Source: Gemmatimonas sp. | GTDB taxonomy: Bacteria; Gemmatimonadota; Gemmatimonadetes; Gemmatimonadales; Gemmatimonadaceae | DNA length: 64,000 bases | Reading direction: 5' to 3' | Assembly: GCA_965279375.1 (NCBI GenBank) | Contig: OZ257156.1 | Span: 2,880,001-2,944,000, forward strand | In this document: piece by piece, positions 50,924 through 60,713 of the stretch | How the letters are laid out: every line of letters starts with the position of its first letter | Numbering within the stretch: the first letter of the stretch is position 1 | The notes under the pieces: model-generated | Database searches by the model: none | What the model was told of the DNA's origin: nothing | The model's input: the letters and a program-made list of their open reading frames with translations, nothing else | Made by a program: the position numbers and the translations under genes

Positions 50924-52126
50924 TCAGTTGGTTGGCGCGGGACTGAAGAACAGGCGCACGAGAAACCAGAGCGCCGCGAGTACGCCCGCCACGAGCAGAA
51001 ACAGGAACACCGGTTCCGCGCGACGGCGCCGTTCTTCCACGACCTCGGGCTCCGGCGCCGCTGCCTCAGCTTCCGCTTCGAGCGCACGCAGCCGCGCGAC
51101 TTCGGCTTCGATGGCGGCGGGGCTGGGGCGTGGAGTGCCAAAGCGCGGCGTGGGGTCGCTGCGAATGCGCGACTGCGGAATGCGCGCTTCGACGGTTTCC
51201 GCGGTGGTGATGTCGCCGAGCGGGAAGGTCGTGTAGCCGTGCTGATCGCCCGCGATCTGCGTGGCCAGTGCGTCGCCGTCGAAGCGGGCGGCGATGACCG
51301 TGATGTTGTCGGGGCCCCCGCGGTCGTTGGCCTGATCGACGAGGCGCTTGCAGAGCGTTTCGACGTTGTCGATTTCGCTGGCCAATCGCGCGATTTCGTC
51401 GGTGCGCACGAGGCCCGAGAGTCCGTCGCTGCAGAGAATCAGGGTATCGCCGCGGCGCACCTGTTGGTGCGTGAGATCCACCGTGATGTTGGCATCTGGT
51501 CCGAGCGCCTGCAGGATGATGTTGCGCCGATCGCTGGCGTCGGCCTCTTCCTGCGTGAGCTCGCCCGCTTCGACGAGTCGCTGCATGAGCGACTGATCCT
51601 TGGTGAGCTGCCGGGCATCGCCGCCGCGCACCAGATAGGCACGGCTATCGCCCACCTGCGCCACGAAGAGACGGTCGCCGAACAGGCCGGCCAGTGTGGC
51701 CGTGGTGCCCATGCCACGGTGCTCGGGATTGTCTTTGGCGAACTGGTGAATCGTGCGGTTGGCGATCTCGGTCGCATCCCGCAGAGCCGTGGCGAAGGCG
51801 TCTGGCGTGAGCTCAGCGCCCGATCGCCACGTCTCCTGCATCGCGTTGAGCACCACGTCGCCAGCCATGCCGCTGGCCAGCTCTCCTGACGCTGCGCCCC
51901 CCATGCCGTCGGCCACCAGGAACATCAGCCCGTGCGCACGCACCTGGACCTCTCGTGGCGCGTGGTCGAACTCGATGGGCGCACCCTGCTCGAGATCCGC
52001 AACGAGGAACGTGTCCTCGTTGTGCTCACGCGTGTGTCCGACATCGGTCAACGCATACACGTGAACGAGGACCCGGGGGTCGGCGTTCGCGGCTGGGCTA
52101 GGTGGTTGCGTGTCGGAAACGGTCAC
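50924..52126 (-). CDS. PP2C/Stp1 family Ser/Thr phosphatase with C-terminal TM anchor
   Basis: TDVGHTREHNED, VADGMGG, GMGTT, VGDSRAY, CSDGL, GGPDNIT. Confidence 0.94.
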   Translation of the reverse strand: MTVSDTQPPSPAANADPRVLVHVYALTDVGHTREHNEDTFLVADLEQGAPIEFDHAPREVQVRAHGLMFLVADGMGGAASGELASGMAGDVVLNAMQETWRSGAELTPDAFATALRDATEIANRTIHQFAKDNPEHRGMGTTATLAGLFGDRLFVAQVGDSRAYLVRGGDARQLTKDQSLMQRLVEAGELTQEEADASDRRNIILQALGPDANITVDLTHQQVRRGDTLILCSDGLSGLVRTDEIARLASEIDNVETLCKRLVDQANDRGGPDNITVIAARFDGDALATQIAGDQHGYTTFPLGDITTAETVEARIPQSRIRSDPTPRFGTPRPSPAAIEAEVARLRALEAEAEAAAPEPEVVEERRRRAEPVFLFLLVAGVLAALWFLVRLFFSPAPTN

Positions 52127-52323
52127 AGCGTCATATGGCGAGCCGGTGCAAACGGAAGACGTGTAAAAACCCTACGGCCGGGGGCGCCATAGGTTTTGCC
52201 GAGTTTTCGGAAGACTTCCTGGCACGGCGGCGTCGGATGTGCTGGCTAAAGATGGTCCATGGCCGTCCATTCGGTCAAATCCCGTGCTGGACGACTTGAG
52301 ATACCACGGCCAGCTTGCTCCCC

Positions 52324-54330
52324 ATGCGAACCGCCCCCCGTCGCCCGCTCACGCCGCGCGAACGTCTCCGCTCTCCACGCGCCGCGCTCCCGCTGGCCGT
52401 GCTCGCTCTCGTATTGGCCGGATGCGCCGGCGCTTCCACTGGCACGGCTACTACGCCCGCGCCTGGTTCCGATCCGCGGCCGGCAGAGCGCGGCACCACC
52501 ACGACCGTCGCATCGATCAGTGCGGGACTGCCCCCGGTTCCCGTCGTGCGAGGCGCTCCACTGGATCTCCGCGTCCGCTATCCGAACGACAACCAGGTGC
52601 TCGCCACACGGGACTCCAACTTCCTGCTCGGCAGTGTCGGCTCTGGCGATGCGACGTTGAGTATCAACGGTGTCGCGGTGTCCGTCGCGCCCAACGGTGC
52701 CTTTCTCGCGTGGGTAGCCAATCCGCCTGCGGCCGCTCCGCGCTACGAAATGGTGCTCACGCGTGGCGCCGATACCGTACGACGCACGCTCAAGGTGCGC
52801 TACACCACCCGGTCACCGCTGCTCGCGACCGGCAAGCTGTCGATCGACACGGGTTCGTTGCAGCCGGTTGCACGCACGCTGGTGGGCGCCGAGGAGTTGG
52901 TTCGCGTGAGCGTGCGTGCACCGTCGAACGCCGAGCTGTGGGTGGTGGGCGCCGACAGCGCGCGGCGGCCGATGGTGCCGCTGGTGCGGCTACAAGGGAC
53001 CGCGTTGCGCGCAGCGGCCGGTCAGCGCGATCCGATCGTGGCAGCAGCGTCCGCTGCGCCCTCGAGCCCCGCCGCCGATGTTGGCGTGACGTTCGCGACC
53101 GATATCGTAGCACGTCGGTTAGCGGGCGGTGCACGCCTGCTTGCCGTGCGTGGCTCCGACACCGTGAAGTTGGCGCTTCCTGTGCAGCAGATCGTCGAGC
53201 CCGATGCGCGCCCGCTCGCGGTGCTGCGCAGCACGTCGATGGTCGGTGGCGATACGGATCGCGTCGTGAACGCGCGCACCATTCCCGATGGTACGTACAA
53301 GTGGCTGCTGCTCCCTGGCACCATTCTGGAAGTGACTGGACGACAGAATGGTTATACGCGCGTGCGACTCGACGGCGCGCTCGATGTGTGGGTGGCCAAC
53401 GAAGATCTGGTGATGCTGCCCGACGGCAGCGCCGCGCCGCGTCGCGTGACTGGGGGCATGCGTGTAACGCCGTCTGCCGACTGGGTGGACCTGACCATTG
53501 GATTGGGTGAGCGTCCGGCGTTTCTCGTGGAGCCTGACGGCAAGTCGCTCGTGCTTACGCTCTACGGCGTGCAGGCCAATCCGGAGATCTCGCCGATCAT
53601 CGGCAACGATACGCTCATTCGGCGCATCAGCTGGGATCAGGTAGGCAGCGATCGGGTGCGCGTAACGCTGACGCTTTCGCGCCCTGTGTATGGTTGGCTG
53701 TCCTTGTGGGATGAATCACGACGCGCGTTCGTGCTGCGTGTGCGTCGAATCCCCAAGATCGATCCCACGCATCCGCTGGCAGCGTTGACGATCGCGGTCG
53801 ATCCGGGTCATCCGCCCGCAGGCGCCACGGGGCCGACGGGCCTCTACGAAGGCGACGCGGTCTTTCCCGTGGGAAATCTCGTGGCCGATCTGCTGCGTGC
53901 GCGCGGTGCGAATCCGGTCATGACGCGCACGAGTCTCGCTCCCGTTGGACTTACTGAGCGCGGCGTGACGTCGCGTCGTGTGGATGCGCATGCATTCGTC
54001 TCGATTCATCTCAACGCGCTCCCGGACGGAGTGAATCCATTCACGGCCAACGGCACGAGCACGTTGTTCTATCATCAGCACAGCGAGCCTTTGGCGCGCG
54101 TGGTCGAGCGCGCACTCGTGGCCCGATTCGGTTTGCGCGATCTCGGCGTGCACTATCAGAACCTCGCCGTCGCTCGGCCGTCGTGGTATCCCGCCGTGTT
54201 GACGGAGGGGTTGTTCCTCATGTTGCCGGAACAGGAAGCGGCGATGCGTGACGTCGGTTTTCAGCGCAAGTACGCCGAAGCAATTGTGGTGGGTCTCGAA
54301 GCGTACTTCCGGGAGCTGGCGAAACAGTGA
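52324..54330 (+). CDS. N-acetylmuramoyl-L-alanine amidase (Amidase_3) lipoprotein with N-terminal accessory domains
   Basis: Lipobox LAGC; DPGH, E, SIHLNA, PAVLTEG in the C-terminal domain; SH3-like central segment. Confidence 0.88.
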   Translation: MRTAPRRPLTPRERLRSPRAALPLAVLALVLAGCAGASTGTATTPAPGSDPRPAERGTTTTVASISAGLPPVPVVRGAPLDLRVRYPNDNQVLATRDSNFLLGSVGSGDATLSINGVAVSVAPNGAFLAWVANPPAAAPRYEMVLTRGADTVRRTLKVRYTTRSPLLATGKLSIDTGSLQPVARTLVGAEELVRVSVRAPSNAELWVVGADSARRPMVPLVRLQGTALRAAAGQRDPIVAAASAAPSSPAADVGVTFATDIVARRLAGGARLLAVRGSDTVKLALPVQQIVEPDARPLAVLRSTSMVGGDTDRVVNARTIPDGTYKWLLLPGTILEVTGRQNGYTRVRLDGALDVWVANEDLVMLPDGSAAPRRVTGGMRVTPSADWVDLTIGLGERPAFLVEPDGKSLVLTLYGVQANPEISPIIGNDTLIRRISWDQVGSDRVRVTLTLSRPVYGWLSLWDESRRAFVLRVRRIPKIDPTHPLAALTIAVDPGHPPAGATGPTGLYEGDAVFPVGNLVADLLRARGANPVMTRTSLAPVGLTERGVTSRRVDAHAFVSIHLNALPDGVNPFTANGTSTLFYHQHSEPLARVVERALVARFGLRDLGVHYQNLAVARPSWYPAVLTEGLFLMLPEQEAAMRDVGFQRKYAEAIVVGLEAYFRELAKQ

Positions 54331-57300
54331 GACTGTCGGCGATGCGAAGCTGTCTCTCGCGTTGTGCACTCGTCGCGTCGGGTCTGCTCGCGTGGCCGTT
54401 CGCGCTTCGCGCGCAGGTGGATCCGCGCGGAGACGTGCGTACCATCGCCACGCCACACTTTCGCGTGCACTTTCGCGCGCAGTCGAAGTCGCAGTCGAAC
54501 TCGCAGTCGAACTCTCAGTCGCCCTCGAATGGGGAGGGCGTTGCCGAGTCGCTGGCACAGCATGCAGCTGTGCTGGCGGAGCACGCCTACGCGCAGATGG
54601 CCAACGAGCTCGTTGCGCCGCGCGGCGTGATCGATCTGCTGCTGGCGGACAACGTCGATTTCAGCAACGGCTTTGCGCAGGTCTTTCCGACCAACCGCAT
54701 CGTGGTCTATGCCACACCACCGATCGCGACGCCTGAGCTTCGCTTCCACGACGACTGGTTGCGCCTCGTCATCACGCACGAACTCGCACACATCTTTCAT
54801 CTCGATCGCGCACGGGGCTTGTGGGCAGTGGGACGACATGTGTTTGGACGTATGCCGCTATTCTTTCCCAACGCGCTCACGCCAAGCTGGGTGAAGGAAG
54901 GACTGGCGGTGCACTACGAGTCGAAGCTGACCGGCAGCGGACGCGTAGTGAGCACTGAGTCGCCGTTGGTGGCGCGAGTGGCCGCACAGGAACAGGTACT
55001 GCCTACGGTCGATCGATGGAGTCTGGCGTCGTCCCGCTATCCGCGAGGGCAGACCGCATACGCGTACGGCGCCTTGTTGATGGAGCGCGCGGCGATTGCC
55101 GGCGGTGACTCCGGGATGCGGCGCTACGTGGAGACGACCGCGCGCTTTCCCGTTCCATTTCTGCTCGGTCGGGCGTCGCGCGCAGGGTTCGGCCAGTCGT
55201 TCGGCACGCTCTTCAACGCGATGCGCGATTCGCTGAGCGCTGCAGTGCGCGCGACGACGGCGTCGGCGGACCGCAGTGCTGACGCTGCGTGGCGTGTGCT
55301 CTCCACGACAGGCTTCTACGCTGAATCGCCGCGATGGATCAACGCCGACAGCGTGCTCTGGTCGGCGAGCAACGGGCGTGAGGTGACGGGGCTTTATGTC
55401 GCGGACGCATCGCGCGCAGAGGTCGGTGCCCCACAGCGCGTGGCGCGGCGCAACGCCATCGATGTCAACGTGCCCATCGCCGGCGGACGCGTGCTCTTCG
55501 CGCAGTGGGATCTGACGGATCCCTACTCGGTGCGCTCCGATCTCTATGTCGGCGAAGGTGACGCCGAGCGTCGTCTCACGCATTCGGCTCGCCTGACCCA
55601 GCCGGATGTCCGCCGTGATGGCGCCATCATCGCGGTGCAGTTGCAGGCATCCGCGTCGCGGCTCGTGCGCGTTGCGGAGAATGGCGCGATCTCGCCGTTG
55701 GTTCGCGATACGCCGCGCACCGGGACTTGGGCCGATCCGCGATGGTCACCGGATGGTGCGCGTATCGCCGCGGTGCAGCTGCTCCCCTCGGGCGAGCAGC
55801 GTATCGTCGTGTTGGACACACTGGGCGCGTTGTTGCAGGCGGTGGCTGGTGGGCGCGCCGTGTTTGCGAGTCCCTCGTTCACGCCGGATGGAGCACGGCT
55901 TGTCTGGGCGAGCGATCGCAGCGGGCGCATGCAGCTGGAGACGGCGCCGATTGCTGCGCGGGGCACTGCGGTGGACACGTCACGCTGGCGTGAGCCGCGT
56001 TCCGACGTACGGGTGGCGAGCGAGGTGAGCTCGGCGCTGTATCAGCCGAGCGTGTCGCCGGACGGCAGGCGCGTGGTGGCGATGCTCTATCGCGCGGACG
56101 GGATGCACGTGGCCGTGGCGCCGTTGGACACGTCGGGGCCTGTAGCGCAGAACAGTTGGTACGCACCGGTCAGCGCGCGCGAGGTCGCGCCACAGGCGGC
56201 CGCGTCGGGCACCGTTGCGCCGTATGGTGCGCTTCGCCAGCTGCTGCCACGGTACTGGTTGCCGTTGATCGGCGAGGGGAGGTTGGGCCAGGCGACGTAC
56301 GGCGTCTCGACGAGCAGCGTGGACATCCTTGGACGGCACGCGTGGGTGGCCGACTTGTCCGTGAATCCGACGTTGCGCGAATACGACGGCTCGGCGGCGT
56401 ACCGTTATGCGGGGCTCGGTGTGCCGGTATTCGACGCGTCGGTGTCGCAGGAATGGGATGCCACGTTCCGGATTGTGGATACCACGCGCCGAGAGTTGGG
56501 GAGCATTGCGCGTCGTCGGCGGTTTGCGACGCTGTCGAGCACGTGGTCGCGGCCGAGGGTGCGTTCGTCGGTGTCGGGGACCGTGGGTGCGCAGTTCGAG
56601 CTGCGGGATTTCACGGCGACCGTGGACTCGTTGCTGGGGGCGCCGAACGCGTTGCTGCGTCGAGGAACGCGCTATCCGCAGCTGTTCGCCAGCGGCAACT
56701 GGAGCACGCTCCGGCGCGGGGCGCTGGCCATTGCCTACGAGGAAGGCGTGGCCTTCTCGACGAGTACGTCGTATCGGTGGCGCACGGATGATCCCTCGTT
56801 GGGGTCCTGGCGATCGGTGGCGACGGGTCGCGCGTATGTGCCGCTCGACCTTCCCGGCTTCACTCGCCATGTGCTGTCTGTGCGAGGGGCGGTGGGGGTG
56901 GCAGACCGCAAGACCGCGACGGAGTTCAGCGTGGGCGGGGTGAGCGGAGTGGCGGCGGAGTTGGCGCCCGGGGTCGTGGTAGGCGATCCCGCGCGGACGT
57001 TTCCAGTTCGCGGAGTGGTTTCAGGGGTGCAGCGAGGGATCCGTGCGGTGGGCGGAAGCGTGGAGTATCGGGTGCCGGCGGTGCAGCTCCGACGAGCGCC
57101 ATCGCCGTTGACGCTGTTCGTGGACCGGCTGTCGCTATCGGTGTTTTCCGATGCCGCGCGGGCGTGGTGTCCGGCGGCGTTGGCGGCGGAGAGTGCGAGT
57201 GCGGCGGTGTGCGAGCGGCCGGGGGTTCGTGATGGGTGGATTGCGTCGGCGGGTGCGGAGCTGGTGTTCGATGTGGCGCTGCAGTACGACCTGCCGTATC

Positions 57301-57392
57301 GCTTTCGCGTTGGTGGGGCGGCGCCGTACGCCGCGCCTCGCGGGGTATCGCGTGGCGGGTCGGTGTACGTGAGTTTGGGATCATATTTCTGA
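54327..57392 (+). CDS. Outer-membrane protein: HExxH peptidase-like domain, PD40/TolB-like propeller, Omp85-like barrel
   Basis: ITHELAHIF...WVKEGLAV, repeats PRWSPDG/PSFTPDG/PSVSPDG, FPVRG, C-terminal VYVSLGSYF. Confidence 0.78.
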   Translation: MRLSAMRSCLSRCALVASGLLAWPFALRAQVDPRGDVRTIATPHFRVHFRAQSKSQSNSQSNSQSPSNGEGVAESLAQHAAVLAEHAYAQMANELVAPRGVIDLLLADNVDFSNGFAQVFPTNRIVVYATPPIATPELRFHDDWLRLVITHELAHIFHLDRARGLWAVGRHVFGRMPLFFPNALTPSWVKEGLAVHYESKLTGSGRVVSTESPLVARVAAQEQVLPTVDRWSLASSRYPRGQTAYAYGALLMERAAIAGGDSGMRRYVETTARFPVPFLLGRASRAGFGQSFGTLFNAMRDSLSAAVRATTASADRSADAAWRVLSTTGFYAESPRWINADSVLWSASNGREVTGLYVADASRAEVGAPQRVARRNAIDVNVPIAGGRVLFAQWDLTDPYSVRSDLYVGEGDAERRLTHSARLTQPDVRRDGAIIAVQLQASASRLVRVAENGAISPLVRDTPRTGTWADPRWSPDGARIAAVQLLPSGEQRIVVLDTLGALLQAVAGGRAVFASPSFTPDGARLVWASDRSGRMQLETAPIAARGTAVDTSRWREPRSDVRVASEVSSALYQPSVSPDGRRVVAMLYRADGMHVAVAPLDTSGPVAQNSWYAPVSAREVAPQAAASGTVAPYGALRQLLPRYWLPLIGEGRLGQATYGVSTSSVDILGRHAWVADLSVNPTLREYDGSAAYRYAGLGVPVFDASVSQEWDATFRIVDTTRRELGSIARRRRFATLSSTWSRPRVRSSVSGTVGAQFELRDFTATVDSLLGAPNALLRRGTRYPQLFASGNWSTLRRGALAIAYEEGVAFSTSTSYRWRTDDPSLGSWRSVATGRAYVPLDLPGFTRHVLSVRGAVGVADRKTATEFSVGGVSGVAAELAPGVVVGDPARTFPVRGVVSGVQRGIRAVGGSVEYRVPAVQLRRAPSPLTLFVDRLSLSVFSDAARAWCPAALAAESASAAVCERPGVRDGWIASAGAELVFDVALQYDLPYRFRVGGAAPYAAPRGVSRGGSVYVSLGSYF
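54480..54527 (+). repeat. In-frame 12-bp tandem repeat x4 encoding QSKS-QSNS-QSNS-QSPS
   Basis: CAGTCGAAGTCG CAGTCGAACTCG CAGTCGAACTCT CAGTCGCCCTCG. Confidence 0.88.
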
Positions 57393-57885
57393 CGCGTGGC
57401 GTCCGATTGGACGTGTCAGCGAGCAAATCGGTGCCGAGGATGTGATAGCAGGCAAGCGAACATTGGTGTTCCGTCATTGCGCCACTGTCACGCCGCTGAC
57501 ACTCTGTCGGATTGCTGCGCCGATAGTGCGCTAATCTGCTCTGCGATGTGCTTGTAAGCCGTTGTTTTACAGTGAGTTGAGTCACTGCTTCATAAGTTGC
57601 GTGAGGTGCAACGGAGTGGTGATGGAGGCAACGGCGATGTCACGGATTTATTTCCACGGCGGCACGCTGCATCACGGTGGATAACGGACCCGCGTACGCA
57701 TTTCCGTGATCTCCCTCGCGCAACCGATTGTTTTTCATTGGCTTACGAACTGACTTGCGCGGCTTCACGAACTAGGTAACCTACGCGGCCCGTCGGAGTC
57801 GCATCGACGAATCGGGGACGCGCCCGATTGCCCGCCGCCGCACATTGCCCAGCCCGCCCCACGCCAACACGCAGGAGCTTCACGA
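57393..57885. promoter_or_regulatory. Long lower-GC regulatory region upstream of nrdJ with IHF-like and DnaA-box-like sites
   Basis: TAAGCCGTTGTTT (57555-57567) and CAACCGATTGTTT (57721-57733) versus IHF YAANNNNTTGATW; GGTGGATAA (57676-57684) is one mismatch from a DnaA box. Confidence 0.45.
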
Positions 57886-60420
57886 ATGCCCTTCTCTGTC
57901 ACACCCCCGGAAGGACCAGTCACTCTTTCGAGCAATGCCCGCACGGTGCTCGAGAAGCGCTATTTGGTGAAGAACAAGGCGGGGAAACCCGTTGAGCGAC
58001 CGGAGGACATGTTCTGGCGCGTGGCGACCGTGGTGGCGGAGGCAGATCGTCGGTATGGCGCGAGCGATGGGGCGGTGCAGGCGTTGGCGGAGGAGTTCTA
58101 CTTCCTGATGACGCAGCGTCGGTTCGAGCCGAACTCACCGACGTTGATGAATGCGGGGCGTCCGTTGGGCCAGTTGAGCGCGTGCTTCGTGCTCCCGGTC
58201 GAGGATGCGTTGTCGAATGGGCAGGCGGGCATTTACGACACGTTGCGCAGCATGGCGCTCATTCATCAGTCGGGCGGCGGTACCGGCTTCTCCTTTTCGC
58301 GCTTGCGGAGCAAGGGCTCCATGGTGCGCTCGACCACTGGCGTGGCGTCGGGCCCCGTTTCGTTCATGAAGTTGTATGACGCGAGCACGGACGCGGTGAA
58401 GCAGGGCGGCACGCGTCGTGGCGCGAACATGGGCATTCTGCGGGTCGACCATCCGGATGTGATGGAGTTCATCGCGTGCAAGGAAGACCTCACGCAGATC
58501 ACGAACTTCAACATCTCGGTCGGCATCACGACCAAGTTCATGACCGCGCTCAAGGCGGACGCCACGTACGAGCTGGTGGATCCGGTGAGCAAGGAAGTGA
58601 CGGGTTCGCTCAAGGCGCGCGAAGTGTGGGACAAGATGATCCTGGGCGCGTGGCGCACGGGTGAGCCGGGCGTGTTCTTCATCGACGAAGCGAACCGCTA
58701 CAACCCGGTGCCGCATCTCGGTGCGTACGAGGCCACGAACCCGTGCGGTGAGCAGCCGTTGCTGCCGTACGACGTGTGCAACCTGGGCTCGGTGAACTGC
58801 GGTCATTATGTGGGCGCGAATGGCGTCATGGATTGGGACGCGTTCAAGCGCGACATCGCGATCAGCACGCATTTCCTCGACAACATCATCGACGTCAACA
58901 AGTACCCGCTGCCGGAGATCGATGCGCTCTCCAAGCGTATTCGTCGCATCGGCCTCGGCGTGATGGGCTTTGCGGACATGCTCGTGCGTATGGGCATTCC
59001 GTACGACAGCCTGGAAGGCGTGGAGATGGGTCGCAAGGTGATGGAGTTCGTCGACGTCGAAGGGAAGAAGGAGAGCGAGCGGCTGGCGCGTGAGCGTGGC
59101 CCGTTCCCGGAGTGGGCGCAGTCGATCTTCGGCCCGGACGAGACGTGCGCGCGCGACGAGAACGGCGAGCGCATCCGTCCGATGCAGCTGCTGCGCAATT
59201 GCAACGTGACCACCGTTGCGCCCACCGGCACCATTTCCATCATCGCCGGTTGCTCCTCTGGACTCGAGCCGCTGTTCGCGGTCGCGTTCATGCGCAATCA
59301 GGCCGGCGTGATGATGCCGGACGTGAACGAAGACTTCGTCAGCATCGCCAAGAAGGAAGGCTGGTACTCTGACGAGCTGATGGAGCGCATCGCGAAGACG
59401 GGCTCGGTCAAGCATTCGGAAGTGCCGGGCAAGTGGCAGGCGGTGTTCAACACGGCGAACAACATCTCGCCGGAATACCACATCCGCATGCAGGCGGCCT
59501 TCCAGCAGCATTGCGATTCCGCGATCTCCAAGACGACCAACTTCTCGCAGGCCGCGACGGTCGATGACGTGCGCGCGATCTACGAGATGGCGTACGATGC
59601 CAAGTGCAAGGGCGTCACCGTGTATCGCGACGGCTCGCGCGACAATCAGGTGCTGAGCACCGGTGCCACCACCGACGCAGCGGCCAAGCGCGATGGCGCG
59701 CCGGCTGATGCCAAGGCTGAAGCGGCGCTCAAGCGTGAGTTGGGCGAGCTGCAGGGCACGATCGCGGAACTGCAGAACGAACTCGACCGTGCACAGAAGG
59801 CGCTGTTCAGCGCCGAAGCGGAAAACGCATCGCGTCGCGGCAAGCGCTCGCGTCCGGACGTCCTGCGCGGCACGACGATTCGCAAGGACACACCGCTCGG
59901 TGTGATGTTCGTCAACATCACCGAAGACGAGAAGGGCCAGCCGTTCGAGCTCTTCCTCAACCTCGGCAAGGCCGGCGGCAGCGCGATGGCCGACGCCGAA
60001 GCGATCGGGCGTCTCGTGTCGCTCGCGCTGCGCAGTGGCATTCCGCTCATGGAAGTGCACCGCCAGCTCCGCGGCATCTCGTCCGACCGTGCGGTGGGCT
60101 TGGGTCCCAACAAGGTGCTCTCCATGCCCGACGCCGTCGGCATCGCCCTGGAACAGTGGTGGCGGGAGAAGCAGGGCGTCCAGCAGGACCTCCTGTCGGC
60201 AAATCAGCAGAGTCCTGTGAGCTCGCTCACGGCGCCCCAGCCGGCGGCGGCTATCGTTCCAACGTCGCGCCCGCCGCAGGGCGCGGAGCAGATGCTGTCC
60301 GAAAGCTTCAGCGCTCACGGTGAGGTGTTCATGGGAACATGCCCAGATTGCGGCAGCCAGCTCGAGTTCGCCGAAGGGTGCGTCAAGTGCCACGTGTGCG
60401 GCTTCAGCGAGTGCGGGTGA
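57886..60420 (+). CDS. nrdJ: Adenosylcobalamin-dependent (class II) ribonucleotide reductase with TSCPD domain and C-terminal zinc ribbon
   Basis: [81 protein letters not shown]. No nrdB nearby. Confidence 0.95.
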   Translation: MPFSVTPPEGPVTLSSNARTVLEKRYLVKNKAGKPVERPEDMFWRVATVVAEADRRYGASDGAVQALAEEFYFLMTQRRFEPNSPTLMNAGRPLGQLSACFVLPVEDALSNGQAGIYDTLRSMALIHQSGGGTGFSFSRLRSKGSMVRSTTGVASGPVSFMKLYDASTDAVKQGGTRRGANMGILRVDHPDVMEFIACKEDLTQITNFNISVGITTKFMTALKADATYELVDPVSKEVTGSLKAREVWDKMILGAWRTGEPGVFFIDEANRYNPVPHLGAYEATNPCGEQPLLPYDVCNLGSVNCGHYVGANGVMDWDAFKRDIAISTHFLDNIIDVNKYPLPEIDALSKRIRRIGLGVMGFADMLVRMGIPYDSLEGVEMGRKVMEFVDVEGKKESERLARERGPFPEWAQSIFGPDETCARDENGERIRPMQLLRNCNVTTVAPTGTISIIAGCSSGLEPLFAVAFMRNQAGVMMPDVNEDFVSIAKKEGWYSDELMERIAKTGSVKHSEVPGKWQAVFNTANNISPEYHIRMQAAFQQHCDSAISKTTNFSQAATVDDVRAIYEMAYDAKCKGVTVYRDGSRDNQVLSTGATTDAAAKRDGAPADAKAEAALKRELGELQGTIAELQNELDRAQKALFSAEAENASRRGKRSRPDVLRGTTIRKDTPLGVMFVNITEDEKGQPFELFLNLGKAGGSAMADAEAIGRLVSLALRSGIPLMEVHRQLRGISSDRAVGLGPNKVLSMPDAVGIALEQWWREKQGVQQDLLSANQQSPVSSLTAPQPAAAIVPTSRPPQGAEQMLSESFSAHGEVFMGTCPDCGSQLEFAEGCVKCHVCGFSECG

Positions 60421-60424
60421 TCGG

Positions 60425-60523
60425 ATGACCGACCAATTCGAGGCGACGTGGCCGAGAGTGATCGAGCGGTTCTTCGCGGTGCTCCTCGCAGGAACCCTCG
60501 GCGGTGTGAGACTGTGGGGATGA
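60425..60523 (+). CDS. Candidate 32-aa small protein downstream of nrdJ
   Basis: MTDQFEATWPRVIERFFAVLLAGTLGGVRLWG; starts 4 nt after the nrdJ stop and ends just before the terminator. Confidence 0.4.
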   Translation: MTDQFEATWPRVIERFFAVLLAGTLGGVRLWG

Positions 60524-60536
60524 ATCAGGCATAACG

Positions 60537-60576
60537 AAACGGGGCGGCTTCTCTCACGAGAGGCCGCCCCGTTTTT
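60537..60576 (+). terminator. Rho-independent terminator of the nrdJ transcript
   Basis: AAACGGGGCGGC...GCCGCCCCGTTT stem ending in a T run. Confidence 0.85.
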
Positions 60577-60713
60577 GCTTTCGGACGAGGCCTCCGACGA
60601 ATTCGCTTGCGGTCGCTCGCGGCGAACGGCAGACTCTCGACGTACCGACGAGGCCGTCGCGGAGTGCGACGGACCTTGATTCGACCCTGCACGCCCCCGG
60701 AGCACACGTGTCC

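Noticed and set aside
57393..57885. Replication origin oriC or dif site
   Set aside because: Only one or two imperfect DnaA boxes, no dnaA/dnaN/gidA nearby, no skew inversion and no XerC/D dif consensus recognised.
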